A program made the translations under genes and the position numbers. This document shows, in pieces, positions 30,199 through 39,797 of a stretch of DNA of 64,000 nt (position 1 is its first letter; every line of letters begins with the position of its first letter). The stretch spans positions 13,046 through 77,045 of the forward strand of contig JAADGI010000018.1 in the NCBI GenBank assembly GCA_013152415.1, in the 5' to 3' direction. The stretch is from Gammaproteobacteria bacterium. Lineage in GTDB: Bacteria; Pseudomonadota; Gammaproteobacteria; HyVt-429. The notes under the pieces were generated by a model, which saw nothing but the letters and a program-made list of their open reading frames with translations, was not told the DNA's origin and ran no database searches.

Positions 30199-30503
30199 GA
30201 ACCGCTTTAATAGTGACTAGGCCCAATACCGGACTGAAAATAATCCCGCTGATGCCGCCGCCTGTGAGGGTATTTATCCCCGCCTTCTTTATATCACGCC
30301 GGGGAGATACGCTATACTGAACCCCATCCTGCTCGAACACGGCTGATTACGACCAGGCCCCCGCTTTAAAAACCCGACCCCTTCACTACCACTTCACCTC
30401 GGACACGATAAAGTGTAACGTCTCAGATTGTAGACTTTGATATGGAATTCACCTCACTATTAAATAATGACCCCACCTCCCAGCTAATCTAATATTTACA
30501 AAC

Positions 30504-31067
30504 ATGAACTATTGCAGCGAATGTGGTGCCCGTGTATCTACACGAATCCCAGAAGGAGACCATCTGCCCAGATTTATATGCGACCAATGCAACACCATCC
30601 ATTATCAAAATCCAAAAATTGTTGCAGGCTGCATCCCAACCTGGAATAACAAAATTTTATTTTGTAAACGAGCCATCGAACCACGGCGGGGGCTTTGGAC
30701 CCTGCCTGCAGGATTTATGGAAAACGAAGAGACCACTGCGGAAGCGGCGGCCAGAGAAACCCAGGAAGAGGCCAATGCAATAATCGAAAACATAACCCTG
30801 TATAGCGTCTTTAGCCTACCCCATATCAGCCAGGTCTACATGATGTATCGCGGGCAGCTTAAAGATGGAATAGCGAGTCCTGGGGAGGAAAGTTTAGAGG
30901 TGGCGCTGTTAGATGAAGACGCGATTCCCTGGGATCGGCTTGCCTTTCCTGTTGTTGAGAAAACTCTGCGTCTATTTCTTGAGGACCGCCGCCAAGACCA
31001 ATACCGGGTCCACAACGTGACCATTCTGAAACATTCCACAGGATTTGAATTTGAAGAGCTTCCTTAA
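30504..31067 (+). CDS. Nudix hydrolase with N-terminal zinc ribbon
   Basis: YCSECG...C..C..IHYQNPK, RAIEPR.G.WTLPAGFME, Nudix box AARETQEEA. Confidence 0.92.
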   Translation: MNYCSECGARVSTRIPEGDHLPRFICDQCNTIHYQNPKIVAGCIPTWNNKILFCKRAIEPRRGLWTLPAGFMENEETTAEAAARETQEEANAIIENITLYSVFSLPHISQVYMMYRGQLKDGIASPGEESLEVALLDEDAIPWDRLAFPVVEKTLRLFLEDRRQDQYRVHNVTILKHSTGFEFEELP

Positions 31068-31145
31068 GGATCAGCCCTGACATACCAAACTGTCACCGGA
31101 TCTCAACGGCACCCTTTGTTGCCTTTTAAAAAACAGCACCACTTT

Positions 31146-32582
31146 ATGAATAAAATACACTGCAAACATCATCCTACTGCACCCGCAAGTTGGACGTGCG
31201 ACCAATGCGGCACAGATCTTTGTTCATCGTGCATCAAGCATGACTATTTGCCTGATAAAGTTGCCGTATGCCCAGTCTGCGACCAGAATTTACGTTCGCT
31301 TGGATCCGAAAATTTGATCCAGCCATTTTGGCTCCGAATACCAAGATTTTTTCTATTCCCCTTAAACATATCTTCCCTCTTGTACATTGGGGCATTGTCG
31401 CTAGTTAGCATTATTACATTTCAACCATCGCTTATCGGCTTGCTTTTTCAGTTAGCCATCTTTCTGGTTTTCCTAAAATATGCCTATGCTGTCCTGGCCC
31501 AACGAGCGGCCGGTTATGAAAGCCCACCCGAAATAAACGCAGATATGATCAACCAGGGATTAGATTTGCCCTTCAAACAGCTCGGCATATTTCTTCTTAT
31601 TGGGTTTATCGGTGGAGCTGTATACCGGAATACTGGACCAGTAGCGGCATACGTTTACGACATAATCATTAATCTCTTTATCCCTGCAACAGTTATGGTA
31701 TTAGCGATTGACAACAGTTTCTTTCGCGCAATAAACCCCATACTGCTGTTTTCCATTATTAGGCGAATGGGTTTGCCGTATCTAATACTCTGTATATTTC
31801 TTTTAATTTTACAGGGTGGGGGAGGATTAGTGATGAGTTTATTCGGTCGTCCTGAATCTTTCTTGGCAGCACTGTTTATCTTCAATATTTTTTCAATGTA
31901 TTTTTTACTCATTATGTTCAACATGATGGGATATGCGATATACCAACACCACGAAGCTCTGGGTTATCCAATTGAAATCGAACCTGATGAGCAAACGAGA
32001 AAAACCAATCAGGAATCAACAAAACAATATGTGGGCATGCCAAATGATATCGAAGTTCTCATTAAAGAAGGCCAAATAGCCAAAGTAGTTGGCCGTCTAA
32101 AAGCACTGATAAAAACACAGCCTGGCGAAATTTCAACTCATCGCCTACTCCATAAACTGGCTATGATGGCAAATGATACTGTTGCAGTGCTTGATAACGG
32201 AGAGAGCCTAATCTCTAAACTCATAGAACGCAATTACACCGGAGAAGCAGCGAGTGTTATTGTAGACATCATGACACTACAATCTTCATTTCAGATTGGA
32301 AATGCAGATCTAATATATCCACTTGCCAGACAGCTGGTTTCCACGGGAAAAGGGCAACATGCACTCGATATAATAAATGGATATGCTCAACGCTTCCCAC
32401 AACATCCTGATATCCCACGGCTGTATCTACTGGCCGCCAAGATACTTTGTGAAACATTAAAAAAGGACAATAGAGCCAAAGGACTACTGGTCAACCTACT
32501 AAAAACGTACCCGAAACACGAACTGGCACCTGAGATTGCATCATATCTAGAGGTGGTTAATAGGCTATCAACTTCGCACTAA
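31146..32582 (+). CDS. Membrane protein with N-terminal B-box-like Zn finger, multi-TM core and C-terminal TPR-like region
   Basis: CKHHP...C..C...LC..C...CPVC, about six hydrophobic segments, then helical repeats (FPQHPDIPRLYLLAAKIL...YPKH). AT-rich. Confidence 0.8.
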   Translation: MNKIHCKHHPTAPASWTCDQCGTDLCSSCIKHDYLPDKVAVCPVCDQNLRSLGSENLIQPFWLRIPRFFLFPLNISSLLYIGALSLVSIITFQPSLIGLLFQLAIFLVFLKYAYAVLAQRAAGYESPPEINADMINQGLDLPFKQLGIFLLIGFIGGAVYRNTGPVAAYVYDIIINLFIPATVMVLAIDNSFFRAINPILLFSIIRRMGLPYLILCIFLLILQGGGGLVMSLFGRPESFLAALFIFNIFSMYFLLIMFNMMGYAIYQHHEALGYPIEIEPDEQTRKTNQESTKQYVGMPNDIEVLIKEGQIAKVVGRLKALIKTQPGEISTHRLLHKLAMMANDTVAVLDNGESLISKLIERNYTGEAASVIVDIMTLQSSFQIGNADLIYPLARQLVSTGKGQHALDIINGYAQRFPQHPDIPRLYLLAAKILCETLKKDNRAKGLLVNLLKTYPKHELAPEIASYLEVVNRLSTSH

Positions 32583-32599
32583 CATACTGGCCCCAATCG

Positions 32600-34060
32600 C
32601 TAACAACGTTGACGTTTTGCAAGCTTGGCAGCATGGCTGCCTGAATATATATCAGAGAGTAATTTCAGATAATGCCTGTGCTTGTTTTCCTTGCCTTCAC
32701 GACAAAATGCGGTTGCTAGCATTAAGAGTCCATCTGGCAAGCCAGCCAAATCCTTATCTTTCTTAAGAAGATAGGTGAAGATTTGTTCGGCATTATTAGT
32801 GTAACCACCTTTGGCAAAACAAACCCCCAGTTCGCAAAACTCTTTTGATGACATTCTCATGGTGGGTCTGGCGTGCTTACTATAGTCCGAAAATATCTCG
32901 TTGGCTGTCATCAAATAATGTTGGTCACCCATGCCCATTTTGAGTAATTTAAGAGCGATGCTATGGTAGCCGTCAGACAACGGGTGCATCTTATTGATGC
33001 GATAGAGTTTCACCAACACTTCTTGATCATCGGGGTCGCGTTGTAACATCTCTTTAAACACTCGTTTGGCCTTCTCGAATTCCAATTCCGCCATAAAGTT
33101 CAAACCTCGTTCAAGATCACTTATGCGCCGTTGCTTCTCAGATGACTCATTAATGTAGTCAAAATCTACAGTCCGAAATACCTTCGCTTGCAGCAAACCG
33201 ATTGCTGCACCGCCTAAATACCCCCCAATATGCACGACATAAGCAATCCTCTGGTAGCCATTAAAAACACCATACCACTCGTTCAGCAGCCATAAGGGTA
33301 TAAGAATAATGGCTGGCGCTTTTACAAAATCAAAATAAAAGACTATCCAATAAAAAAATCTTATTTTACGCACACCAAAAAGTACTGAGTAGAGACCCAT
33401 TACTGCACTAATAGCGCCCGAGGCTCCAAGAACCGAACGGTCTGGATACACTAGAGCCCAAAGTCCTATTGACAACAACCCACCCAAAATATAAGAAAAA
33501 AAGAACTGGGTATGTCCTAATATTCGCTCTACTGCAAAACCGACAATGAATAGAAATAGCATGTTGCCCACAAGGTGGCCTAGGCTACCGTGTAGAAATG
33601 CAGATGTTATATATGTAATGGCATCGTTACGATGGAAGGAATAATTATTTGTTACCAAGCGGCCATACATTCGGTCGAATTTAATTCGAGAAAGTTTCCA
33701 TTTAATAAATTTGGGATGCGCGATAGTTATGATTTCATTGCGATGGAGTTTTTCCATAAACTCGCCAGTATATTGAATATCATAGAATATCCACATTGCC
33801 TGTTTATTTTGACTTACTGATTCCCTCACAGAGGCTGAATGTTCATACTCACCAACGCTACTTAGATAATCAGCAAATAGCGGAAACTCTATGACATGCA
33901 ATTTAGCTGCAAAGTAATAGTTTGATGCTTGTGCTAGCCTTTTAGCATCGCCCCCTTGAATAACAAAAAAAACAAATATGTTAATCAGCACTAAAGCGAT
34001 GGTGACAAATGGAGGATTTTTCCAATTAATATTCTTTTCTAGAGGTATGAGTAACAACAC
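32600..34060 (-). CDS. Rhomboid intramembrane serine protease with C-terminal TPR-like region
   Basis: FLHGSLGHLVGNM (HxxxxHxxxN), GASGA (catalytic Ser), AYVVHIGG (catalytic His). AT-rich. GTG start. Confidence 0.9.
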   Translation of the reverse strand: MLLLIPLEKNINWKNPPFVTIALVLINIFVFFVIQGGDAKRLAQASNYYFAAKLHVIEFPLFADYLSSVGEYEHSASVRESVSQNKQAMWIFYDIQYTGEFMEKLHRNEIITIAHPKFIKWKLSRIKFDRMYGRLVTNNYSFHRNDAITYITSAFLHGSLGHLVGNMLFLFIVGFAVERILGHTQFFFSYILGGLLSIGLWALVYPDRSVLGASGAISAVMGLYSVLFGVRKIRFFYWIVFYFDFVKAPAIILIPLWLLNEWYGVFNGYQRIAYVVHIGGYLGGAAIGLLQAKVFRTVDFDYINESSEKQRRISDLERGLNFMAELEFEKAKRVFKEMLQRDPDDQEVLVKLYRINKMHPLSDGYHSIALKLLKMGMGDQHYLMTANEIFSDYSKHARPTMRMSSKEFCELGVCFAKGGYTNNAEQIFTYLLKKDKDLAGLPDGLLMLATAFCREGKENKHRHYLKLLSDIYSGSHAAKLAKRQRC

Positions 34061-34295
34061 GGCGCTATGAGTTCAACATTGAAGGGCTTGAGCTCTTTAT
34101 AGGGAATTTCAAAATATCATGAAGGAAGTGGCCAAACAACGTTCCACGTTCCTATTTGACAGAGCGCTAAATACAACACAGGGCGTAGCCACAGAGAAAA
34201 GCAATCCACCTCATCGCCCAAACCACTCAATCTCGGTAAGTTTTGAACCCTGCTGGCCCACGCGACCCGGCACCCATCCCATTAAATCGGGGCTA

Positions 34296-34325
34296 AAAAC
34301 CCTAATGCGTTGGGATTAGGGTTTT
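34296..34325. repeat. 11-bp inverted repeat in a long divergent intergenic region
   Basis: AAAACCCTAAT-GCGTTGGG-ATTAGGGTTTT. Confidence 0.6.
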
Positions 34326-34706
34326 CTGTAGAGTCCAGACGACCAGTCAGTCTATGGTATGCGCCATCAAGGTATAGAACATATCGCCGTGCCAGGTTTG
34401 ACATGGACGAAGGATGGCAGTCCGCCAAGGAACAGGCACCGGGAGAGTAGCCTGTTGCATAAGGCCCCATGGACGGGGCCTTACTCTCCCACCAAAAATA
34501 ACAAGCCCCGAATGATGCGCACGGGCAACTCAGTCAGCCCCTTACACATACAAATTAACGCCCCAGGGCACTCAAATCGGCCTGATTATTCCGTCACAGG
34601 CGCTATAATATTAGCAATTCCCCTTATACTGAGCTCGTAGCCATGGCATGATCATTTTCTGGTCACCCACAGCGGATTGAAACGACACAGTGGACACGGG
34701 CGCACA

Positions 34707-36011
34707 ATGAATAAAGTCATTAAGAACGTCCCATATGAAGATGAAGTACACGTTGTCAAGCCAGCGACGACACAATCGCTGGCGCACAATTCTGACCTGA
34801 TTTACAACGTCCTCACCGCAGTTTCCAAGGCCCACGCCGAGGGCAAAGCCGCCCTGGTCGAACGTTATGGCTTTACCCGTACCCAGGCAGAAACCATCGC
34901 CCGTCTTTCTGCCCACGAACTCCATCGTCTTAGTGATCCCAAGCTCAAATTATTTAACATGCATATGGACACGGATGCACTGGATCACATGCTCGTACAT
35001 ATGCAAAAAGAGGAACGGCACCGGGCGCTTCAAGATCGACTGCTTTCTCTGGGTGCCCCTGCACCACTGATGCAAGAACTCTTTGGCTGGAGCGCCCAGG
35101 ACTGCGCTGACCGCCGCAAGGCCTTAGACATTTCCGGAGCCGATACGGGACGCCCCCGGCGCACCACTGAAGAGGAAGACCAAGCCATCTGGAAATCGTG
35201 GAATGGAAGCCTGGGAATGACCAAGGCTGAACGCTATGAGACAGTGGCCAGCGAGACCGGGATGCGACTCAATTTGATCTGGGCCCAGGTCAAAGGCTGG
35301 ACCAATGAAGGAGTACCCCTGTCTGAAAATGATTCTTTTATTGAGGACTCACAAAACACGCCCATTTCAGAACGGGTACCCCCGATCATTTCTAAAAGCA
35401 AAACCTCCCTGCGGCGCAGACTGTGGCATCGCTTCACACACCGCCCGGACTCCGAGCACGATCAGGCACTAATACGCCTGTTCGCTGCACCCTGCCTGAT
35501 AGCCTATGGTTATTTTGTGGCACCCTACGATCAATATGCCGCACTACAGCTAGCAGAAACCCAACGTATGCTGCTATTGGTAGGGGCAGTCTTCTTCACT
35601 GTCACCGTCCTGCTTACCCTGTCTATCTTAATCTGGCCAAAGACTGTTGAATCGAGACGTTACGCCTCTATCTGCCTGGATGTCGTGGGGTGTACCATTT
35701 TTATTGGCTACCTGGGTGACTTTGGCGTCCTATTCTACGTCATGTATCTATGGGCCATTGTCGGTGGTGGTTTTCGTTATGGCGTCAACTACTTGATTGT
35801 CGCCACCGTGGTCTCCATGACAGGGTTTAGTATTGTATTCTCCATCCACCCCTACTGGCAGTCCCTTGGGGCCATACCCTACTGCTTACTCGCTGGTCTG
35901 TTTGTCGTCCCGGCCTGGACACTGGCCTGGATGCACAGCAAAACACGGGCCCAGCGGCGCGCTCAACAGGTGCGTATTGGTGTACATACCATATTGCCCT
36001 ATCTGGAATAG
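34707..36011 (+). CDS. Fusion of a DUF2857 (STY4526/YPO1902, BisC-like) domain and an RpfC/RpfH-like membrane sensor domain
   Basis: N-half: DRLLSLGAP..LMQELFG.S....A.RR..L...GRP....EEED..IW..W...L.LIW. C-half: RPDSEHDQALIR...SRR....LD...YLW...G.GFRYG..YL...PYW...LL.GL...P. One uninterrupted frame with no HisKA domain. Confidence 0.8.
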   Translation: MNKVIKNVPYEDEVHVVKPATTQSLAHNSDLIYNVLTAVSKAHAEGKAALVERYGFTRTQAETIARLSAHELHRLSDPKLKLFNMHMDTDALDHMLVHMQKEERHRALQDRLLSLGAPAPLMQELFGWSAQDCADRRKALDISGADTGRPRRTTEEEDQAIWKSWNGSLGMTKAERYETVASETGMRLNLIWAQVKGWTNEGVPLSENDSFIEDSQNTPISERVPPIISKSKTSLRRRLWHRFTHRPDSEHDQALIRLFAAPCLIAYGYFVAPYDQYAALQLAETQRMLLLVGAVFFTVTVLLTLSILIWPKTVESRRYASICLDVVGCTIFIGYLGDFGVLFYVMYLWAIVGGGFRYGVNYLIVATVVSMTGFSIVFSIHPYWQSLGAIPYCLLAGLFVVPAWTLAWMHSKTRAQRRAQQVRIGVHTILPYLE

Positions 36012-36052
36012 GCCTGGCTCCATATGTGGGATATTGAAATACGGTGACGCCC

Positions 36053-37120
36053 CTACCCAGGGGGGTGATAGTTAAGGGCGGTCAGTACGGTCCAAGTGGG
36101 ATGAAATTGATCATAGGCATCCCCACTTTGATAGTAGGAAGATGTCCAGGACCCCTGCCTATCCTGAAGGCCAAGAAGGTACCGTTCAGCATCCCGCAAC
36201 TTGGGTAACTCACTATACCCAAGAATCTTTAGGCAATGGACAAACTCGGCAAGAAGATCCCTATCGTTCACAATATCACGCACGGTGTCGAAATGCGCAA
36301 GAAGATAGCCTTCCAACCTTTGTCTAAGCTTGTTTTTTACTGGAGCATGCCGCCCAAAATCAGACATCACAAAGATTAAATGGGTGACATAATAATTCTG
36401 TAAGGAATACTTATCGGCAACGGTATACTCGTACACGAGATCCAAATCCACCAGCTTGGCAAGATACCGATCAAGTACCCCCTGGGGCAGGGCCAAATCA
36501 ATCTTGGGAAATCGCCTTTGCAAACGATCTGGGTAATAAGCGTTGATAACAAGGTCTGTCAATTTTGAGTAGTCTTTCGATATAACGGCGTTATCAAAGA
36601 TGGATTCTTGTTCTGCCCACGGTAACTGATCAAAACCCAAGCGATAGTAGTCCGCAAACTTGTTCACCTCGACACCATATTTGTACACATAAGGCAAAAT
36701 GGCGATAAATTGCTGCCTGGCTGAATCGGTGATAGGGAAGACGGCAGACAAACGCCCCGCCAACCGGCCTAGGGCCTGGCGTGACAGTGCCTCGACATAT
36801 CCCTCCATGGCGGAACCCTGGCTGCCTGTCGCCAGTTCCTCCAGCATAAGCAGATAGTCGGGGGCGATATATTCAAATCGGTTGTCGTCATCTACAAGCG
36901 CCAACACCCACTGCAAACCCCCCAATATGGCATACTCACGGGAGTCGGCTTTGAGCTGATTTTTATCTCGATCAATGGCCCAACAGACTGGGGTGTGGTG
37001 TGTCAGTTGGCAGCGGGGCGAAACCGAATCTACAAGAGCACCCTGTGCCAGGGCAATAGACCCCACACCTAAAAGCCACAGCAGTAATCTCAGTCTCTTG
37101 TATTTCACCACCACCTCCAA
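36053..37120 (-). CDS. Exported hypothetical protein with an alpha/alpha-barrel-like C-terminus (DUF6895-like)
   Basis: Signal peptide (ALA/Q). YYVTHLIFVMSDFG, DLLAEF, YLLGLQDRQGSW (QxxxGxW), FHPTW. Confidence 0.65.
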   Translation of the reverse strand: MEVVVKYKRLRLLLWLLGVGSIALAQGALVDSVSPRCQLTHHTPVCWAIDRDKNQLKADSREYAILGGLQWVLALVDDDNRFEYIAPDYLLMLEELATGSQGSAMEGYVEALSRQALGRLAGRLSAVFPITDSARQQFIAILPYVYKYGVEVNKFADYYRLGFDQLPWAEQESIFDNAVISKDYSKLTDLVINAYYPDRLQRRFPKIDLALPQGVLDRYLAKLVDLDLVYEYTVADKYSLQNYYVTHLIFVMSDFGRHAPVKNKLRQRLEGYLLAHFDTVRDIVNDRDLLAEFVHCLKILGYSELPKLRDAERYLLGLQDRQGSWTSSYYQSGDAYDQFHPTWTVLTALNYHPPG

Positions 37121-37325
37121 AAACCACCACCGCCAACCACAACATGGTGGCTTCGAGCTGATGCTGGTACATGCTAATGAGTTCGTTAGTTACCCTGTCT
37201 TCTTACTAACGTACTCATTAGTAAAACGTGATAGATTGAGATGGGAACCCGTTATGGGTTAAAACTGTCAATCATACTGCTCTATCTAATTTACTTTATC
37301 TATTTTACTGGGGAACCGGACGGCC

Positions 37326-38414
37326 ATGACACCCATGGAACGATATCAACAAGACCTCCGTAGAAAAAACTACCATAAAGATGCTCGCCAACTGATCGCT
37401 GTCAGTCACACTCAGGACCTATATGATGCAATATTAAGACAACAGAATCATAAAAACTCTTTAACCCACCTGTTCCGCAAACCACCACCCGTTCGTGGAC
37501 TCTATTTATGGGGCGGCACAGGTCGTGGCAAAACCTACCTGGTGGATAGTTTCTATCAGTGCCTGCCCACAGACAAGAAACACCGGATTCATTTTCATCG
37601 ATTTATGAGGGACATCCACAGTCGCCTTAAACGGCTACCCAAATCCCCCAACCCTCTGGTGATCATCGCCAAAGATCTGGCAACCAAGATCCAAATTTTA
37701 TGTGTGGATGAATTTCATGTCCATGATATTGCCGACGCCATGATCATGGCAGGATTGCTCAAGGCCCTCTTCGATAAAGAGGTCACACTTGTGGCCACAT
37801 CCAATATAGCCATTGAAGACCTTTATAAAAATGGATTACAAAGAGACCGATTCATGTATGCCATCGGCTTGCTCAAGAAGCATACCCTGGAGGTCGACCT
37901 CGGTACCGGCACGGACTACCGCTATCATGTCCTGGAAGAAAATGGCACCTACTTCGCAGGTAACGCTGACAGCAGCAAAAAATTCCTGGAGCGCCAACTT
38001 GGCGCTCTGGTACCGTGCACACCCAAGCGCAACCACCAACTAGAGATCAACCATCGCCAAATCGACTACGTGGCCCTGGCAGATGATGTTGTCTGGTTCA
38101 ATTTTGACGCCCTGTGTGATTCACCACGCTCTGCCAGTGACTACATTGAAATCGCACGAATGTATCATACCGTCATCTTGAGTGATGTACCCATCCTTAA
38201 GCCATCACAAGATGCGGCTGCAAAACGTTTTATTCATCTAATCGATGCGCTCTATGACAACAATGTGAAATTGATTATCAGCGCCCAAACTGAGCCGACA
38301 CAACTTTACCAGGGATCAAGCCTGGAATTTGCTTTTCAGCGCACCGCCAGTCGACTCATGGAAATGCGCAGCAAAACCTACCTAAGTGCACCGCATCGCA
38401 CCACGATAGATTAA
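37326..38414 (+). CDS. zapE: Cell division ATPase ZapE (AFG1 family)
   Basis: GLYLWGGTGRGKT, HFHRFM, CVDEFHV.DIADAMI, ATSN, LY.NGLQR, RTASRL.EM. Confidence 0.93.
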   Translation: MTPMERYQQDLRRKNYHKDARQLIAVSHTQDLYDAILRQQNHKNSLTHLFRKPPPVRGLYLWGGTGRGKTYLVDSFYQCLPTDKKHRIHFHRFMRDIHSRLKRLPKSPNPLVIIAKDLATKIQILCVDEFHVHDIADAMIMAGLLKALFDKEVTLVATSNIAIEDLYKNGLQRDRFMYAIGLLKKHTLEVDLGTGTDYRYHVLEENGTYFAGNADSSKKFLERQLGALVPCTPKRNHQLEINHRQIDYVALADDVVWFNFDALCDSPRSASDYIEIARMYHTVILSDVPILKPSQDAAAKRFIHLIDALYDNNVKLIISAQTEPTQLYQGSSLEFAFQRTASRLMEMRSKTYLSAPHRTTID

Positions 38415-38448
38415 GCCCGGTTTTCAGACAATCAAGGGAGGCCCAAAA

Positions 38449-39096
38449 CTATGACGCCGCTGATATCGTCTCGGCTTCCCACTCGGGTGTGGTCTCTGAC
38501 CAGGCCGGTGTTTGGGCAACACGCTGATACCAGGCCTGAACATTGTCATAACTTGACCATGGCATCTTGGCGGGTTCGGCATAGGCAAAACAAGAGGCGA
38601 TGGAAAAATCTGCCAGGGTCAGCTCATCACCACAAATAAATTTATTCGTCTGTAGATGACGATCCAGGACCACGGCACAGTCTTTGAAGCTTTCTGCGGC
38701 CTCTTCCAGCTTGGCTGGATCCGGGGCACCCATATCCAGTATAGGTTTGAGCATATTCTGGAACAAAAATGTATTGGTAGGCAGCGCCAGATGACACATC
38801 TGCCAGGCCAACCATCGATTAACATCGGCCCGCTTTTGGGTGTCCTCGGGGTAGAGTGAGCTGGGTCCAAAACGATCTGCCAAATACTGCATAATGGCAT
38901 TGGACTCCCATAGACTAAAATCACCGTCCACCAGGATGGGTAGCCGCCCGGTGATATTGTGCTGCTGAATCTCTGCTACCTTGTGCTCACCTTTGAGTAA
39001 GTTGGCCACTTCCACATCCACGTCGGCCTTGAGATGGGCCACGGTGGCCAGGACCCGCCACGAATGGTGGGAAGGGGGGAAACAGTAAAGTCGCAT
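38449..39096 (-). CDS. Glutathione S-transferase
   Basis: ATG at 39096 after GGAGG. GRLPILVDGDFSLWESNAIMQYLA, GDELTLADF. Confidence 0.93.
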   Translation of the reverse strand: MRLYCFPPSHHSWRVLATVAHLKADVDVEVANLLKGEHKVAEIQQHNITGRLPILVDGDFSLWESNAIMQYLADRFGPSSLYPEDTQKRADVNRWLAWQMCHLALPTNTFLFQNMLKPILDMGAPDPAKLEEAAESFKDCAVVLDRHLQTNKFICGDELTLADFSIASCFAYAEPAKMPWSSYDNVQAWYQRVAQTPAWSETTPEWEAETISAAS

Positions 39097-39129
39097 ATCC
39101 AAATCCTCCATATTGATGCCAGGCTGGCG

Positions 39130-39163
39130 GACCAATACTGTACCTACAGGTACAGTATTGGTC
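39130..39163. promoter_or_regulatory. Perfect 16-bp inverted repeat, candidate TetR operator or mRNA hairpin upstream of GST
   Basis: GACCAATACTGTACCT-AC-AGGTACAGTATTGGTC. Its core recurs at the tetR start. Confidence 0.65.
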
Positions 39164-39773
39164 AAGCCGCCCCGCCCGACTGTCTCAGGGATTTTAAATA
39201 AATCAGGGCATTTTTGACTGCGGCCTCCAGGGCCTGAGGATGACGTTGTACCTTTGACACCAGCAAACCACCCTGCAAAGTAGCAAAACAAAACTGCGCC
39301 AGCTCCTGGGGGTCTGCGCCAACCTTAAGCCTTTTTTGCTCCTTTTGGTTATCAAAAAACCGCTCCAAATTGGCCATCGCCTTGGTAAATACGGCGTTGA
39401 CATCCTGACGGATCAATTCCTGAGCAGGATCAAGCTCATTACCAATTGTGCCGATGGGGCAGCCTCTTTGGCAGTCATACTGCTTGCTGACGGTGACGAA
39501 AAACCCAAACCAGGCCTCCAGACCCTTCCAGGTCCTGATGGGTTGGTTGTTGAATTGACCCTCACACATCTGGGCATAAAAATATTGCAGGGTCTCGTGG
39601 ACCAGGCCTTCTTTGCTGCCAAAGTGATGGTAAAACTGGCTCTTGCCGGTAGCGGTACGATCCATCACGTCCTGGGGACTGGTGGCGCGCACCCCCTGGG
39701 CATGAAACAGATCCATGGCCGCCAGGATCATCCTGTGTTTGGTCTTTTTGGGACGTGCCGATGGGGCTGACAT
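39162..39773 (-). CDS. TetR/AcrR-family regulator
   Basis: ATG at 39773 after GGAGG. ILAAMDLFHAQG..ATS...KSQFYHHFGSKEGL helix-turn-helix, RGCPIG. Confidence 0.93.
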   Translation of the reverse strand: MSAPSARPKKTKHRMILAAMDLFHAQGVRATSPQDVMDRTATGKSQFYHHFGSKEGLVHETLQYFYAQMCEGQFNNQPIRTWKGLEAWFGFFVTVSKQYDCQRGCPIGTIGNELDPAQELIRQDVNAVFTKAMANLERFFDNQKEQKRLKVGADPQELAQFCFATLQGGLLVSKVQRHPQALEAAVKNALIYLKSLRQSGGAA

Positions 39774-39776
39774 AAC

Positions 39777-39797
39777 TGTACCTCCAGGTCTATTATA
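39777..39797 (-). promoter_or_regulatory. Candidate autoregulatory operator abutting the tetR -10 element and covering its RBS
   Basis: TGTACCTCCAGGTCTA (39777-39792) matches 39139-39154 at 13/16 positions. Minus-strand TATAAT at 39792-39797. Confidence 0.65.

Noticed and set aside
34707-36011. An intact ICE around the DUF2857-like gene
   Set aside because: No integrase, relaxase, parA/parB, T4SS genes or flanking direct repeats are visible in the window.
39097-39291. N-terminal extension of the GST ORF
   Set aside because: It overlaps tetR, and a GGAGG RBS supports the start at 39096.
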